This document shows, in pieces, positions 1-12,600 of a stretch of 41,763 nucleotides of DNA. The notes under the pieces were generated by a model that was not told where the DNA came from, ran no database searches, and saw only the letters and a list, made by a program, of their open reading frames with translations. Location: positions 1 to 41,763 of the IMG/VR virus record IMGVR_UViG_3300020294_000009. One strand, written 5' to 3'. The position numbers were made by a program, and so were the translations under genes. This DNA comes from a virus. Taxonomy: Duplodnaviria; Caudoviricetes. Positions within the stretch are counted from its first letter, which is position 1. Every line of letters begins with the position of its first letter.

Positions 1-174
1 GCACAAGTAGGTGCAGCAGTCTGGTGGGGTGCTCAAATAGATGCCAAGGTAAAACTTGTTGAAGAGAATAGGAGATATATTCAAGAGGTTGTGATTCCTT
101 CTTATGAGATCAGTGACAACTGGGATAACCCACACTATAATAATTGGGTAAAAGCAGGTGGTTGGAAAGACTAA
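1..174 (+). CDS. 3' end of hypothetical protein (partial, starts before window)
   Basis: Frame +1 is open from base 1 (AQVGAAVWWGAQIDAKVKLVEENRR...GGWKD) to TAA at 172-174. Confidence 0.7.
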   Translation, partial: AQVGAAVWWGAQIDAKVKLVEENRRYIQEVVIPSYEISDNWDNPHYNNWVKAGGWKD

Positions 175-177
175 ATA
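171..177 (+). promoter_or_regulatory. possible T4-type late promoter variant (CTAAATA)
   Basis: The TAAATA core overlaps the stop codon and lies 22 nt before the ATG at 200. Confidence 0.45.
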
Positions 178-199
178 ACACACACTCGCTTTTTTAGTT

Positions 200-406
200 A
201 TGTCAAAACAGGAAACGGTTAAGTATTCCATCAGACAGGATGGATTGGTATCAGTAGAGACATCTGGAGTAACTGGCAATCAATGTTTAGAGATTACTAG
301 AGGAGTAGAAGAAGAACTGGGAACAGTATTAACCAGAGAGTTCAGTCCTGCTTTTTATGAGTCGGAACCAGTTGAAGAATATGTACACGATTCAGAAGGT
401 TGTTAA
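200..406 (+). CDS. DUF2997 family protein (cyanobacteria-like)
   Basis: 68 aa with the pattern 'YSIRQDGLV...GVTGNQCLEITRGVEEELG...FY'. It is adjacent to a DUF1257 gene, as in cyanobacteria. Confidence 0.8.
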   Translation: MSKQETVKYSIRQDGLVSVETSGVTGNQCLEITRGVEEELGTVLTREFSPAFYESEPVEEYVHDSEGC

Positions 407-783
407 TGTCACACTTCAGTACGATAAAGACCAAGATAACAAAAAAACCTGCTTTACTCGAAGCATTACAGATCCTTCAGTACGATGTACAGGAGGATCA
501 TTTATTAGTTAATCCTATTGATCACAATCATGAGAAAGTAAAGGTTGATGTTGCTATAGGGAATGATATAGGATTCCGTTGGAACGGAACAGAGTATGAA
601 CTAGTAGCTGACCTACAAACTTGGAAAGATCCAATTCCTCCAAAAAGGTTTATTGAAAAGGTCACACAGCAGTATGCAAGGATGACTGTACATAATGCTA
701 TAAAAAAAGATGGTTGGCAGGTTGCAGAAGAGTGGGAAATGGATGATAATAGTATAGAATTGACTGTTACTCGTTGGCAATGA
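406..783 (+). CDS. ycf35: Ycf35 / DUF1257 family protein
   Basis: Starts MSHFSTIKTKI, contains DIGFRWNGTEYELVADLQTW and QQYA, and ends IELTVTRW. The ATG at 406 overlaps the upstream TAA (TAATG). Confidence 0.85.
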   Translation: MSHFSTIKTKITKKPALLEALQILQYDVQEDHLLVNPIDHNHEKVKVDVAIGNDIGFRWNGTEYELVADLQTWKDPIPPKRFIEKVTQQYARMTVHNAIKKDGWQVAEEWEMDDNSIELTVTRWQ

Positions 784-1340
784 TTGAAAGTATATTTCCT
801 ACACCGATGTATGCGGCTAAGGTTGATAATTTTTCTAATATTCAAAAAGATATTGGTGATACATTAGATACCCTTGAATTTTCATATATTGAACATTGGG
901 GTAAAACACATTTACTTGCACCAGATTCTTTTAATGAAAATATTATACCTGATTCATTAAATAAAGAACTGGAACGACATGTAAATCAATATTTGTATGA
1001 GATTGGAAAACCAGCAATGCTATATGATATTGTTTCTTGGTTTACCAAATGTGAAAAAGGGAATTATGCTCATGTACATAATCATGGTGCTGCTGATCTT
1101 TCTGGTGTTTATTATTATCAAACTAATGGAAAGGATGGCAATATTTACTTCCATACACCCAATCCTTTTTTAGACACTACTTTTCTTTTCAGTCATATGG
1201 GTACTGATTTTGAACATGAACCAATGGAAGGTAAATTGATTATATTTCCTGGATGGTTATTGCATGGAGTGAGACAAAATTCTACTGATAATACTCGAAT
1301 AAGTCTATCATTTAACATAACATTCAAAAATGCAGTATAA
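780..1340 (+). CDS. 2OG-Fe(II) oxygenase superfamily protein (TIGR02466-like)
   Basis: Motifs IFPTP, HVHNH, LSGVYY, EGKLIIFPGWLLHGV and RISLSFN. The ATG at 780 forms an ATGA overlap with the upstream stop. Confidence 0.85.
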   Translation: MIESIFPTPMYAAKVDNFSNIQKDIGDTLDTLEFSYIEHWGKTHLLAPDSFNENIIPDSLNKELERHVNQYLYEIGKPAMLYDIVSWFTKCEKGNYAHVHNHGAADLSGVYYYQTNGKDGNIYFHTPNPFLDTTFLFSHMGTDFEHEPMEGKLIIFPGWLLHGVRQNSTDNTRISLSFNITFKNAV

Positions 1341-1343
1341 ATA
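1336..1343 (+). promoter_or_regulatory. T4-type late promoter TATAAATA
   Basis: Exact T4 gp55 consensus, overlapping the oxygenase stop and lying 25 nt before the gp25 ATG. Confidence 0.8.
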
Positions 1344-1368
1344 ACCCTGACAAGTACTGCCAATATTG

Positions 1369-1764
1369 ATGGCGATCACAAAATCTCGTACATATAAGGA
1401 TATAACTCTTAGTTTTCAACCAAATCCTGTCACTGGCGACTTGGGTATGTTGAAAAATGAAAGAGCTATTCAGCGTTCTGTAAGAAATCTTGTTCAAACA
1501 GGAATAAATGAGCGTCCATATAGTGATTTGGGGTCAGATGTGACTGATAGTCTATTTGGATTTGTTGATGATGCCCAATCAGGTGTCATAGCAAGACAAA
1601 TTGAAGATGTTTTGAATGCTTATGAGCCAAGAATTGATAATGTTAATGTAGAAGTTGACCCAAGACCAGATAATAATGCTTTTGAAGTGACTATTTTTTA
1701 TGAAATTGTTGGAGAAGGCTTCCAAACACAAGATTATTCGTTCATTGTAGAGGCAACTAGGTAA
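1369..1764 (+). CDS. gp25: baseplate wedge subunit gp25
   Basis: Motifs YKDITLSF, AIQRSVRNLVQTGINERP and LNAYEPRI (GPW/gp25 family). It directly precedes gp6. Confidence 0.92.
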   Translation: MAITKSRTYKDITLSFQPNPVTGDLGMLKNERAIQRSVRNLVQTGINERPYSDLGSDVTDSLFGFVDDAQSGVIARQIEDVLNAYEPRIDNVNVEVDPRPDNNAFEVTIFYEIVGEGFQTQDYSFIVEATR

Positions 1765-1769
1765 AAAAC

Positions 1770-3689
1770 ATGCCCGTAACCAAGTTTACTAACCTTGATT
1801 TCGACCAAATTAAGGAACAAATTAAAGATTATTTAAGAGCAAACTCAGATTTTACTGATTTTGACTATGAAGGGTCAAATATGTCGATTTTAATCGATAT
1901 TTTGGCATATAATACTTATATTTCGGCGTTTAATAGTAATATGGTTGTTAATGAATCCTTCTTGGATTCAGCAACTTTAAGAGAAAATGTAGTTTCTTTA
2001 GCAAGAAACATTGGATATGTACCAAGATCTCGTAAATCTGCTAAAGCGATTATAAATTTTGATTTTAAATTTAACGGAAATAGTAATAGTGTTAAATTGG
2101 CAAAAGGTTTAGTTGTAGTTGGAGCATCAAATAACACTTCTTATACATTTTCTATCCCAGAAGATATAATTGTCAATAGTCCAATAAATGCTGGATCAAA
2201 TATTACAATAAATCCACCAAGAACTGCTCAATTTAGAAATATTAATGTTTATCAAGGTACACTTTTAAAGAAATTTTTTACAGTTAGTGGTAGTTTAGAT
2301 CAAAGATTCATTTTAGAAAATCCTTTTATTGATACTGAGTCTATTAGAGTCTTTGTAAGGAAGTCTGGATCAAGTTCTGGACTAGAATATTCAAGAATTG
2401 ACAATATAACAACAATTAATGAGAAATCTAATGTATATCTCATCCAAGAAGTTAAAGATGAGCAATATGAATTGCTATTTGGTGATGGTTTATTCGGTAA
2501 AAAGTTAGATAGTGGTGATCTTATTGAAGTTAGTTACATTATTACTGATGGAAAGAATGGAAATGATGGAAAATCATTTTCATTCAGTGGAAGTGCGTTA
2601 GATGATTCGGATGCTCCTATTTCTCCATCTGAATCAGTAATAATATCAACGATTCAACCTGCCAGAGGAGGCGGTGAGATCGAAGATATTAGCTCTATTA
2701 AGTATATTGCTCCTAGAGTCTATTCATCGCAGTACAGGGCGGTTACAGCAAAGGATTATGAAGCAATTGTACAAAGTGTATTCCCTGATGCAGAGTCAGT
2801 TTCTGTAATGGGTGGTGAAGAATTGGATCCACCTGAATTTGGAACTGTTATTTTAAGTATAAAACCAAAAAATGCGACATATTTGTCTGATTTCTCAAAA
2901 GTACAAATTTTAGATGGATTGAAAAAGTATTCAATGGCAGGAATCAATCAAAGAATTGTTGATCTTAAGATTCTTTATGTTGAATTAGATGTTAATGCTT
3001 ATTATAACGCAAATATTTTTAGTGATATAGATGGATTAAAGGCACAAGTAACAAATTCATTAACTGCTTACAGTAAATCCACTAATTTGAATGCATTTGG
3101 TGGTAGATTCAAATATTCTGATGCTTTGAAAGTAATAGATGGAACAAATAATGCAATTACATCAAATATTACCAAATTGACGATGAGAAGAGATTTAAAA
3201 CCTATTTTTAATTCATTCTCTCAATATGAATTATGTTTTGGTAATTCTTTTCATGTAGTTTCTAGTGGTAGAAACATTAAAAGTACTGGATTTAAAATAG
3301 AAGGTTATCCAAGTACTCTTTATTTCTCAGATCTTCCACATGAGGACTTAAAAACAGGTGATATTGCTGTAATTCAGTTGGTTAATGTTTCAGGTGATAA
3401 TTCTCCTGTTATTATTCCTTCTGCAGGAACTGTTGATTATGTTAAAGGTGAAATTATCATCAATACCATCAATATATCTGAAACTACTCTTGGATCTGGT
3501 ATGATTGAAATTCAAGCATATCCAGAATCTAATGATATCATAGGATTAAAGGATTTGTACCTTCAATTAGACATGGCAAATAGTTCCATAAATATCGTAA
3601 AAGACACTATATCTTCTGGACAGCAAATTTCTGGAATTGGATATAAAGTCACTTCTAGTTATTCAAATGGTACTATCACTAGAACTTAA
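1770..3689 (+). CDS. gp6: baseplate wedge subunit gp6
   Basis: 639 aa with LDFDQIK, FTDFDYEGS, ESFLDSATLRENVVSLARNIGYVPRS, FGDGLFGK and RAVTAKDY. Confidence 0.95.
   Translation: MPVTKFTNLDFDQIKEQIKDYLRANSDFTDFDYEGSNMSILIDILAYNTYISAFNSNMVVNESFLDSATLRENVVSLARNIGYVPRSRKSAKAIINFDFKFNGNSNSVKLAKGLVVVGASNNTSYTFSIPEDIIVNSPINAGSNITINPPRTAQFRNINVYQGTLLKKFFTVSGSLDQRFILENPFIDTESIRVFVRKSGSSSGLEYSRIDNITTINEKSNVYLIQEVKDEQYELLFGDGLFGKKLDSGDLIEVSYIITDGKNGNDGKSFSFSGSALDDSDAPISPSESVIISTIQPARGGGEIEDISSIKYIAPRVYSSQYRAVTAKDYEAIVQSVFPDAESVSVMGGEELDPPEFGTVILSIKPKNATYLSDFSKVQILDGLKKYSMAGINQRIVDLKILYVELDVNAYYNANIFSDIDGLKAQVTNSLTAYSKSTNLNAFGGRFKYSDALKVIDGTNNAITSNITKLTMRRDLKPIFNSFSQYELCFGNSFHVVSSGRNIKSTGFKIEGYPSTLYFSDLPHEDLKTGDIAVIQLVNVSGDNSPVIIPSAGTVDYVKGEIIINTINISETTLGSGMIEIQAYPESNDIIGLKDLYLQLDMANSSINIVKDTISSGQQISGIGYKVTSSYSNGTITRT
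3587..3594 (+). promoter_or_regulatory. internal late promoter (CATAAATA) for gp7
   Basis: NATAAATA motif inside the 3' end of gp6, about 100 nt upstream of the gp7 start. Confidence 0.5.
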
Positions 3690-3695
3690 AAACGG

Positions 3696-6600
3696 ATGAT
3701 TGAAACATATAGCCCCTTATCTACAAGAGTTAAGACTTATCAAGTTGTTGCAGACCACTCACCAGAGTTTGCAATAACTGAGAATCCTTATTTTGAGAAA
3801 TTTTTAGAACAATATTATATTTCCCAAGAATATCAAGGTGGACCTGTAGATATTGCAGAGAATATTGACAAATATATTAAAATTGATAATTTAACAAAAG
3901 AAGTTGTATCTGGAAATATATCATTAGCATCAAGTATTACTTCAACTGATGATACTATCACAGTTTCTACTAATACTAAAGGATTTCCAAGTAAATGGGG
4001 TCTTTTAAAAATTAATAATGAGATTATTTCATATACTGGATTAACAACTAATACTTTTACTGGATGTATAAGAGGTTTTAGTGGAATTTCCACATATCAT
4101 AAAATTGCAGATAATGCTAACTTAAATTGGGAAAAAACTACTGCTGCATCTCATAATAATAATTCAAGTGTTCAAAATTTAAGTGCATTATTCCTTCAAG
4201 AGTTTTATGATAAGTTGAAATCAATGTATTCTCCTGGTTTTGAAGGAGTTTCATTAAGTCCTGATCTAGATGTTAATAATTTTATTAAAGAAGCAAGAAG
4301 TTTATACGAATCTAAGGGTACTGACGAATCTTTCAAGATATTATTCAAAGCACTGTTTGGTTTAGAACCAAAAATCAATGATCTTGAAAAATATCTTATA
4401 AAACCCTCTTATGCCAACTATTTGAGAAGAGAATCTTTTACAGTAGAGTTAGTTTCTGGAGATGCTGCAAAATTAGTTGGGCAAACATTATTTCAAGATG
4501 CTGATCCTAACAATCCTCTTGTTAAAGCAGCATCTGGACCTATTTCTGAAGTTGTTAGTATCAGAGACAATTATTATCGTTTATCTGTATTCATTGGATA
4601 TGATGATAGGGATTTAATACAAGGTACATTCATTGTTCCAGGTCGTACTCAAGTAATTGGTAAAGTTGGAATGGGAGCAACTGTTCTTACAGTTGATTCT
4701 ACTATCGGATTTGGGCAAACGGGAAATATACAAGTTGGTGTACCTTCTGATTCTTATTTTCAAGAATTATCTTATACTGAAAAGACTGTAAACCAGTTTA
4801 TTGGTGTATCAACAACTGGATATGATATTCCATCTATTACTGAATTATTTACTCCAACTTTAGTGTATGGTTATGAAAATAACGATACTACTAAACCAGT
4901 TAAAATGAGAATAACTGGTGTTTTACGAGATTTTGAGTCTACACAGAATTTATATGGATTAAATCCAGAATCTAGAATTAAAGTCAAGAATCTTGGAAGA
5001 TATGTTACTAATCCAAGAATATTAAAGACTTATGAGCAAATTTTCTTTAATTCTTGGATTTATAATACTAGTGCAAAATATCAAGTTAAGGATTTAAGTG
5101 GATCAACCTTTACTTTATCTGGATATATTGATAAATCAAGTTTAAGAGTTGGAGATAGAATTGATTTAATTGTTAGAGATAATTTAAAGGCTGAAACCAT
5201 TGCAGCAAGTAATTTACTTGTTACTTATGTCAATGTTTCTAATAATTCAATAAGTGTACAAGGAACTTTTACAACTAGTCCTTCATTAGAGTATGATGTA
5301 AGAAGAGTTCAGAAAAAAGCTACTAGTTCTTCAGTTCCTATTATTGGTGGACAAAATCAGATTTTATCAGATATTAGTAATACATATGTTCTTGATTTTA
5401 ATAAATCAGAAAGTGGAAAACAAGAAGCATTTGTTGCTTCCAACTCTATTCCCTCATATAATATTGAAACCGATAAAATTCATGCAGATTTAACAAATCC
5501 TACAGTTTCTAGTGGAAATTTCCAAAATTATAATTCTATAACAAACAAATATTCTATTATTTCATTTCCTTCACCAGTTCCTTTTAAAACAGGTGATGAA
5601 GTTTCATATATCCTAGGCGCAAATTCTGATCCTATTGCTGGATTGGAAAAGGATAGTTATTTTGTTGAAGTATTAACTCCAAATAATAAAATCAAATTAT
5701 ATCCTTCCAGATCATTTATTGCTTCTGGATTAGCACAAGAATTTACACCACCAACAACAAGTGGTTATCATGATTTTGTTAGAGTTGAACAAGCAAGAAA
5801 ATCAATTTTCCCAAGTAGGGTTCTTAAGAGATTTATTCTTTCGCAAGATTTAGAAGCAGGAACTCAACAAGTAACTACTTCTGAGAAAACTTTAGATGGC
5901 AATACTGGATTATTAATTAATGGTGTTGAAATTACTAATTATAAATCAGACAAATTTGTTTATTATGGTTCATTAGATGCTTTAAATATAGTTAATGCTG
6001 GTAGAGGATATGATGTTTTACATCCACCAGCAATAACTATAGAAGATAATGCAACTGGTATCAATACAGCAGTTGGTAGAGTAGCAGTTGGTGGAACACT
6101 TACAGATATTTTAATTGATCCTGTTGATTTTGAAGTAAAAAAAGTAATTTCTGTTGATGTTCATGGTGGAAATGGTCTTAATGCAAAAGCTCAAGCTGTA
6201 ACAGAATTGTATTATAGAAAGTTTGCATTCAATGCAAAGTCATTCTATGATGGTGGTACTATCGATTGGATGAGTGATAGAATAATATTAGATAAACCAC
6301 ATTATTATAATGATGGAGATAGAGTAATTTATAGTGCTAATAACAATAATGTACTTGGACTTCACACAACTGCAGCTGCTGGTATAGATACATGTTTGGT
6401 TAAAGGGCAATCATATTATGTTGGTGTTAGTAGTGCTACAATATTCCAACTTTATAGAAGTAAAAATGATGCTGTTTTAGGAATTAATACAGTTGGGTTT
6501 GGATCAACTGCTGCAGCTTTAAATAATGGTCTTCATGAATTTAGAGATTTTGAAACTAAAAGAAGAATATCTAGAGTTAATATTCTTGATGGTGGGTTTG

Positions 6601-9600
6601 GTTATACAAATAAAAGAATTTCAGTATTACCTTCTAAGGTAAGTACAGATAGGGATCATATTGAATTTGAGAATCATGGATTTAAGAATGGCGAAGTGAT
6701 TCATTATGGAATATCAAGTACTGGTGGAACTGTAATTAGTGGATTAAGCACCAATGCACAATATCAAGTATTAAAAGTTAATGAAGATAAATTTAGATTA
6801 TGTTATTCTGGTATTGCTACCACTAGAGTTCCAGATACTACCAATTATAAAAATAAAGAATATGTTAGATTTGGTAATACTGGATCTCAATATCAAGATT
6901 TTTATTATCCACCAATAACTGCTGATGTTAATGTTATTACTGATTCAGATACCCCTGTCAATTTAACTGCAACTCCTATAGTTCGTGGTCCAATTATTGA
7001 TACAATTTTATTTGATAAAGGTAAAGATTATGGATCATCTGTTATTAATTTTGAACAACCACCTGATGTTTCTATAAATGCTGGTAGTTTTGGACAAATT
7101 GGTTTAATTATTGTTAATGGTAAAATAATTGATGCTTTTGTACAAAGTCGTGGAATTAAATATGATGGTCCACCAGATTTAGAAGTTGTTGGTACAGGTA
7201 CTGCTTTTGGGGCAAAACTTCGTGCTATTATGGTTGGGCAGGAAATTTCTGATGTTGTAGTACTTTCTGAAGGACTGGGTTATCCTCAAACATCAACAGT
7301 TACAGTTAAACAACCAGGTGATTCCGCAACTTTCTCTACAAAGGTTAGAAGACTTATTGGTAATAAGTATTTTACAAGTACTACTGAAAATGGAGATTAT
7401 CTTGCTCCAGTAGAAGATGGGTTAGCAATAGAATCTGTTGCTTATGGAGCAACAGTAAGAAATACTTTCAATGATGATGGAACAGGACATTCTCCTATTA
7501 TTGGATGGGCATATGATGGAATGCCAATTTATGGTCCTTATGGATTTAATGATATTGATGATATTCAGTCTTCTTCTAAGAGATTGGAGTCATCTTATGT
7601 TATAGATGCATCTGGGGTTGAAAATAGACCTTCTGTATCAGATTTTCCAGAAGGATTTTTTGTTGAAGATTATTTTTATAATTCAAGTGGTGATTTAGAC
7701 GAACATAATGGTAGATTTACAAAAACACCTGAGTTTGAAAATGGTATCTATGCATATTTTGCTACAATAGACTCTAATGGTAAACCATTATTCCCATATT
7801 ATATTGGAGACACATATAGAGGATTTCCTATAAGAGTAAATACTGTAGCTGGTGAAAAAATTAAACAAAATAATTTTGATTTTGAAAATTCAGATTTGGT
7901 ACGAAATACCTTCCCATATAAGATGTTTGGTGATGGAGCATCTTATGATTTTGTATATCAACCTTATAAAGTAGTAGATCAGATCGCAAAACCAGATCAA
8001 ATAACTAGAGGTCATGTTGATGAGATTAGAATTGTTTCTCCAGGAACAGGATATACAACAGGATCTCAAATATACTTTGATAGTGATGATACTGGTGGAT
8101 ATGGTATTAGAGCAGTTGTTGATGCAGTAACTGGTAAAACTATTAATAAAATTGACACAGAATTCTTTGATTATAATAATGTAGTATTTGAATGGTCACC
8201 ACAAGCAGTTATTGCACATTTTGATCCATATCATTCATTTAATATTCATGATTATATCCAAGTTGCTGGATTATCTACTAGTGTTGATAAACTTGTAGGA
8301 TCACATCAAATAAATTCTTTAAATTTCTCAACGACTCTTTTAGATACTGGATTTGTTGGAGTAGTTACTGATATTAGAGTTCAATGGGTTCCACAAACAG
8401 TTTCTGTTGGTTCTACTATTGGATTTAGTACAATGACACCAGAATTGCTTGTAGTGGGTGCTGGTGCTAGTTACACTATAGGTGGTGATCCTGTTCAAAT
8501 TGGATCAGAGACCGCAGAGATTCTTAATATTAATAGAGAAGATAGTGTTCTTAGAATTCGTAGATCATCAGGTGTTAGTACATCTGGTATTGGATTAACA
8601 CAGTCACAATCTCAGGGTCTTACTGGTCTTGGTGTTAGTTATTATTCTAATAGATTAGATATTCCTTTAATTATTGATACATTTGAATCTAAACCAAATG
8701 AAAAGATTTATTTTAATGCTCAAGAATCGGTTGGATTTGGTACAACTGTTGGGCAAACAATAACTAGGAATTATCAATATCTTGGTGTTACTAAAGAAAG
8801 ATCTTTAAAAACTAAAGAGATTTATTTACAAGATCATGGATTAAATACCAATGATGTTCTTAATTTTACTGTTTCTCCTAGTGGAAGTAATGTATCATGC
8901 GCTACATCTGGAATTTATGCAGGAACATTTAATTTACCATCATCAGTTTATGTAACGAGAAGGACTAAAGATAGTATTGGTCTAAAAACAACTAAAACAT
9001 CTGATGATATCTTCTTTATAAGCGGTGGTGGGGATTATAACGACTTTTTGTTTGAAAATGTAGAACAAAAGCAAATTACTGGAACTGTTCAAAATATTTT
9101 AGCAAATATACAGACATCAGAGTCTCATGGATTAAAAGTTGATGATACTATCAATTTGATTGTTAAACCAGGTCTTTCTACTGGTATTGGAACTACTACT
9201 TTTGCTACAGTAAAGAAAATAAAGGATTATTTGATTATTGATCCAATAGATGTTGCAACATCTGGTATTAATACATCCACAAATAGAATTACTCTCTATA
9301 AACATGGATTAATCAGTGGAGATAGGATTCTTTACACATCTTCTTCTACTTTCCCTGATGGAATAGTTGAAAGAGAATATTATGTTATTAGAATTGATGA
9401 TAATACAATTCAACTGGCAAATACATTAAAAGAAACTCAAGGAACTCCAAATATTGTTAATATTACAAGTTCTGGTGGATCTGGACAAGTTATTAATCCA
9501 ATCAATCCACAATTAAGACCATATGCCAATAATGATATTGTTTTTGACTTAAGTGACACTAGTTTGTTAAATTATGACTTAAAGTTCTATTATGATAATA

Positions 9601-12600
9601 CATTCTTAAATGAATTTGTTGGATCAGGAACAAGTCTTGGATTTGAAGTGGTTGGGGTAGGAACTTCAGCAACTGTTGGTGTTGCTTCAACTAATCCTAA
9701 TTCTGTATATCATCCAACTGTAAAATTAAGTCATTCTAACAATATTGACACTCTTTACTATACTTTATTTGGTCCAACTGGTATTGTTACTGCTGATAAT
9801 ACTGTTGTTAATAGAAATGAAATAAAACATATCGATAGCGGATATAATGGAAATTATTCTGTTGTTGGTGTTGGATCTACAGTATTTACTGTTAATTTAC
9901 AATTTAAACCAGAATCTATAAGTTATAAGAATTCTGATTGTGAAGTAATAGAATATAGTACTACTGCTTTAGATGTTACTGGTGGTATTGCTACTGTATC
10001 TATAAATGATGGTGGATATTACTATCAGAGCATTCCAGGAATTACAAGTATTCAAGGAAGTGGTATTAACGCAACATTGATACCAGAATCGTCAAATATC
10101 AATAGATTGGAAAGAATGACGGTTCCTGAGGATGTTTATGGATATCCTTCAGACAATACTCTTAAACCTGATGCATTTATTCCTAGAATTGTTGAAATTG
10201 ATGATTATGGTACTATTACTGCGGTAAATGTTACTTATGGAGGTAAATTCTATATCAATGCACCATCTTTGGTTTTATACGATAAAGGGACAGGTGAAGT
10301 TTTAGATAATGGTCTTATTACATGTGAATTAAGCGATTCTGCTGTTACTAAAGCAATTGTATCTGTTGCTCCAGTTGGATTATCAAATAATGATTATGGA
10401 GTTGCTCCTGTTAGAAATAGTAATGGTATTAGCATTTTAAGTGTAGAAGAAAATGTTGGATTTTTAACATGCAAAATTACAACACCAGTTTTAGGATATA
10501 AGAAAGAACCTTTTAGTATTGGTGATAAAATTCTAGTTGAGGGTATTGAATATACTTCTGGTAGTGGTGATGGATTTAACTCAGGTGATTATAAGTTTGA
10601 ACCATTTACAGTTTCTGATTATAATGATGCAGTTAACCCAAGACAGGTAACATTTGATTTAAATGGAATTACAACAAATCCTGGTACAGGAGCTACTGTT
10701 AAATTTGGATTTGCTCAATTAGTAGATGCGAGTTATATTGCTAGATTTGAAGTAGTTAAAGGAAATTCCACCTTTATTCAAAACGAACCATTTAAGAAAA
10801 ATGATACTGCAGATGCAGATATCCAATTAGACTTCTTAAATAAAAATACTGCTAAAATTGTTATTAGTGGTGCAGAACCTTTAGAACCAACTGATATTTT
10901 AACTGGTAAATTAAGTGGATCTAAAGCAAGAGTAGTTTCTATTGTTGAATTTAATGGTAATTTCAATATTGCTCCTTCTGTAAGAACATTAGTTGGATGG
11001 AGAGATAATATTGGAATAATGAATGATACAAATCAGGTATTACCTGATAATGATTATTATCAGAACATGTCTTATGCGATTGAAAGTCCTAAGACATATG
11101 AAGAACTTATTACTCATGTAAATGATGTAGTTCATCCATCTGGAATGAAAAACTTTGCTAATACTGAAGTTATTGCAAAAGGTAGACCAGGTGATACTTT
11201 TGAACCAGCAGATGATGCTGGTGGACTTGTTCTTGATTTTACGGGAGATGCATTAAGAGCAGATTCAATTTACCCTTATGATTTGGGTAGAGATTTCTTG
11301 GCACAAGGAACTGTTTCAAAATTTATAGAACTAAGAAGTACTCGTCTTTCAGACTTTATTTTAAACAAAACTAACAGAGTTTTGAATATTGATGATATTA
11401 GTCCCCAATTTGTGTCTAATGAGTCTAATGATTTAAGTGATTATAGAGTTATTGGTTATTATCCTGCAGGAAGATTTTTCCAAAGATTTTTAACACAAAC
11501 TGTTCATCATGCTGAAGATCCTAAGAAAAATCAATATCAATTGAATGAGTTTATATCTGTAACTGTTGATGAGGATACTTATTTCCTACAAAAGATGGAT
11601 ATGAAGAATTGGGATCAAGTTGGTCTTTCTTCTGGATATGCTTCTTTTGATACTGTATATTCACCAACACAATCTCAAACTCAATTAGTTTTCCGTCCTA
11701 ATGAACCGTTTGATACAAATTATGAAGTTAAATCACTTCAAACCAATTTTGCGGATTCTGTTGGTGTTGGAACATCTGCTTTTGGACATATTCGTTTAGA
11801 AGGTGGAAATGTAATAGTTTCTGCTGCTTCTACACTTGGAACTAGTACAACAACTAATGTTATTGGAATATCTACATTATCATCTAAAGCTGCTTTGATT
11901 CAATTATTAGTAATTGATAAGGAAGGTGCTAAACAGGTTGATTACCTTGAATATGCTGTTATGCATGATGGATCAAACACTTATCTTAGTGAATTAACAT
12001 CATTTAACTCACGAACAAATTTAAGTGGTTTATCTAATCCTAATTTTATTGGTACAGTTACATCTAAAATTGAGGGTGGTTTAGTTAAATTAGATTTTGA
12101 AAATGGTCGTACAAATACAGTAAGTGTTAAATTTAAGTCAATTATTATTGATCCTTCGACATATTCAGCAGATACTAATTATAGATATAAGATTCCATTT
12201 ACACCAGATGGGACGGAAAGAACAGCTAGATTAGAAGTTACTAGTCAAGCAAAAGCAGGTATATCAACAATTGTTGGTATAACAAGTCTTACCGATTTAT
12301 CTGTTAAATCTACAGTTCATGTTTCTTATGGTGCAACACAATCTTTACATCAAGTTTATCTATTATCAGATCCTGAAAAGAGTCAAACCTTTATTAGTGA
12401 ATATCCTGTAGCTGCTGTTGGTTCTACAACTGGAGTTGGTACATTTGGTTCTACTTACAGATCTGATGGTAGTTTTGGATTAGAATTCCACCCATCAGTT
12501 GCTGGTATTGTTAGTATCACTGCTTATAATGAAGTATTATATAAGGATTTAGATCCTAATGGAACACTTCAAGGGGTTGGAGAGATTAATTATGGACAAC

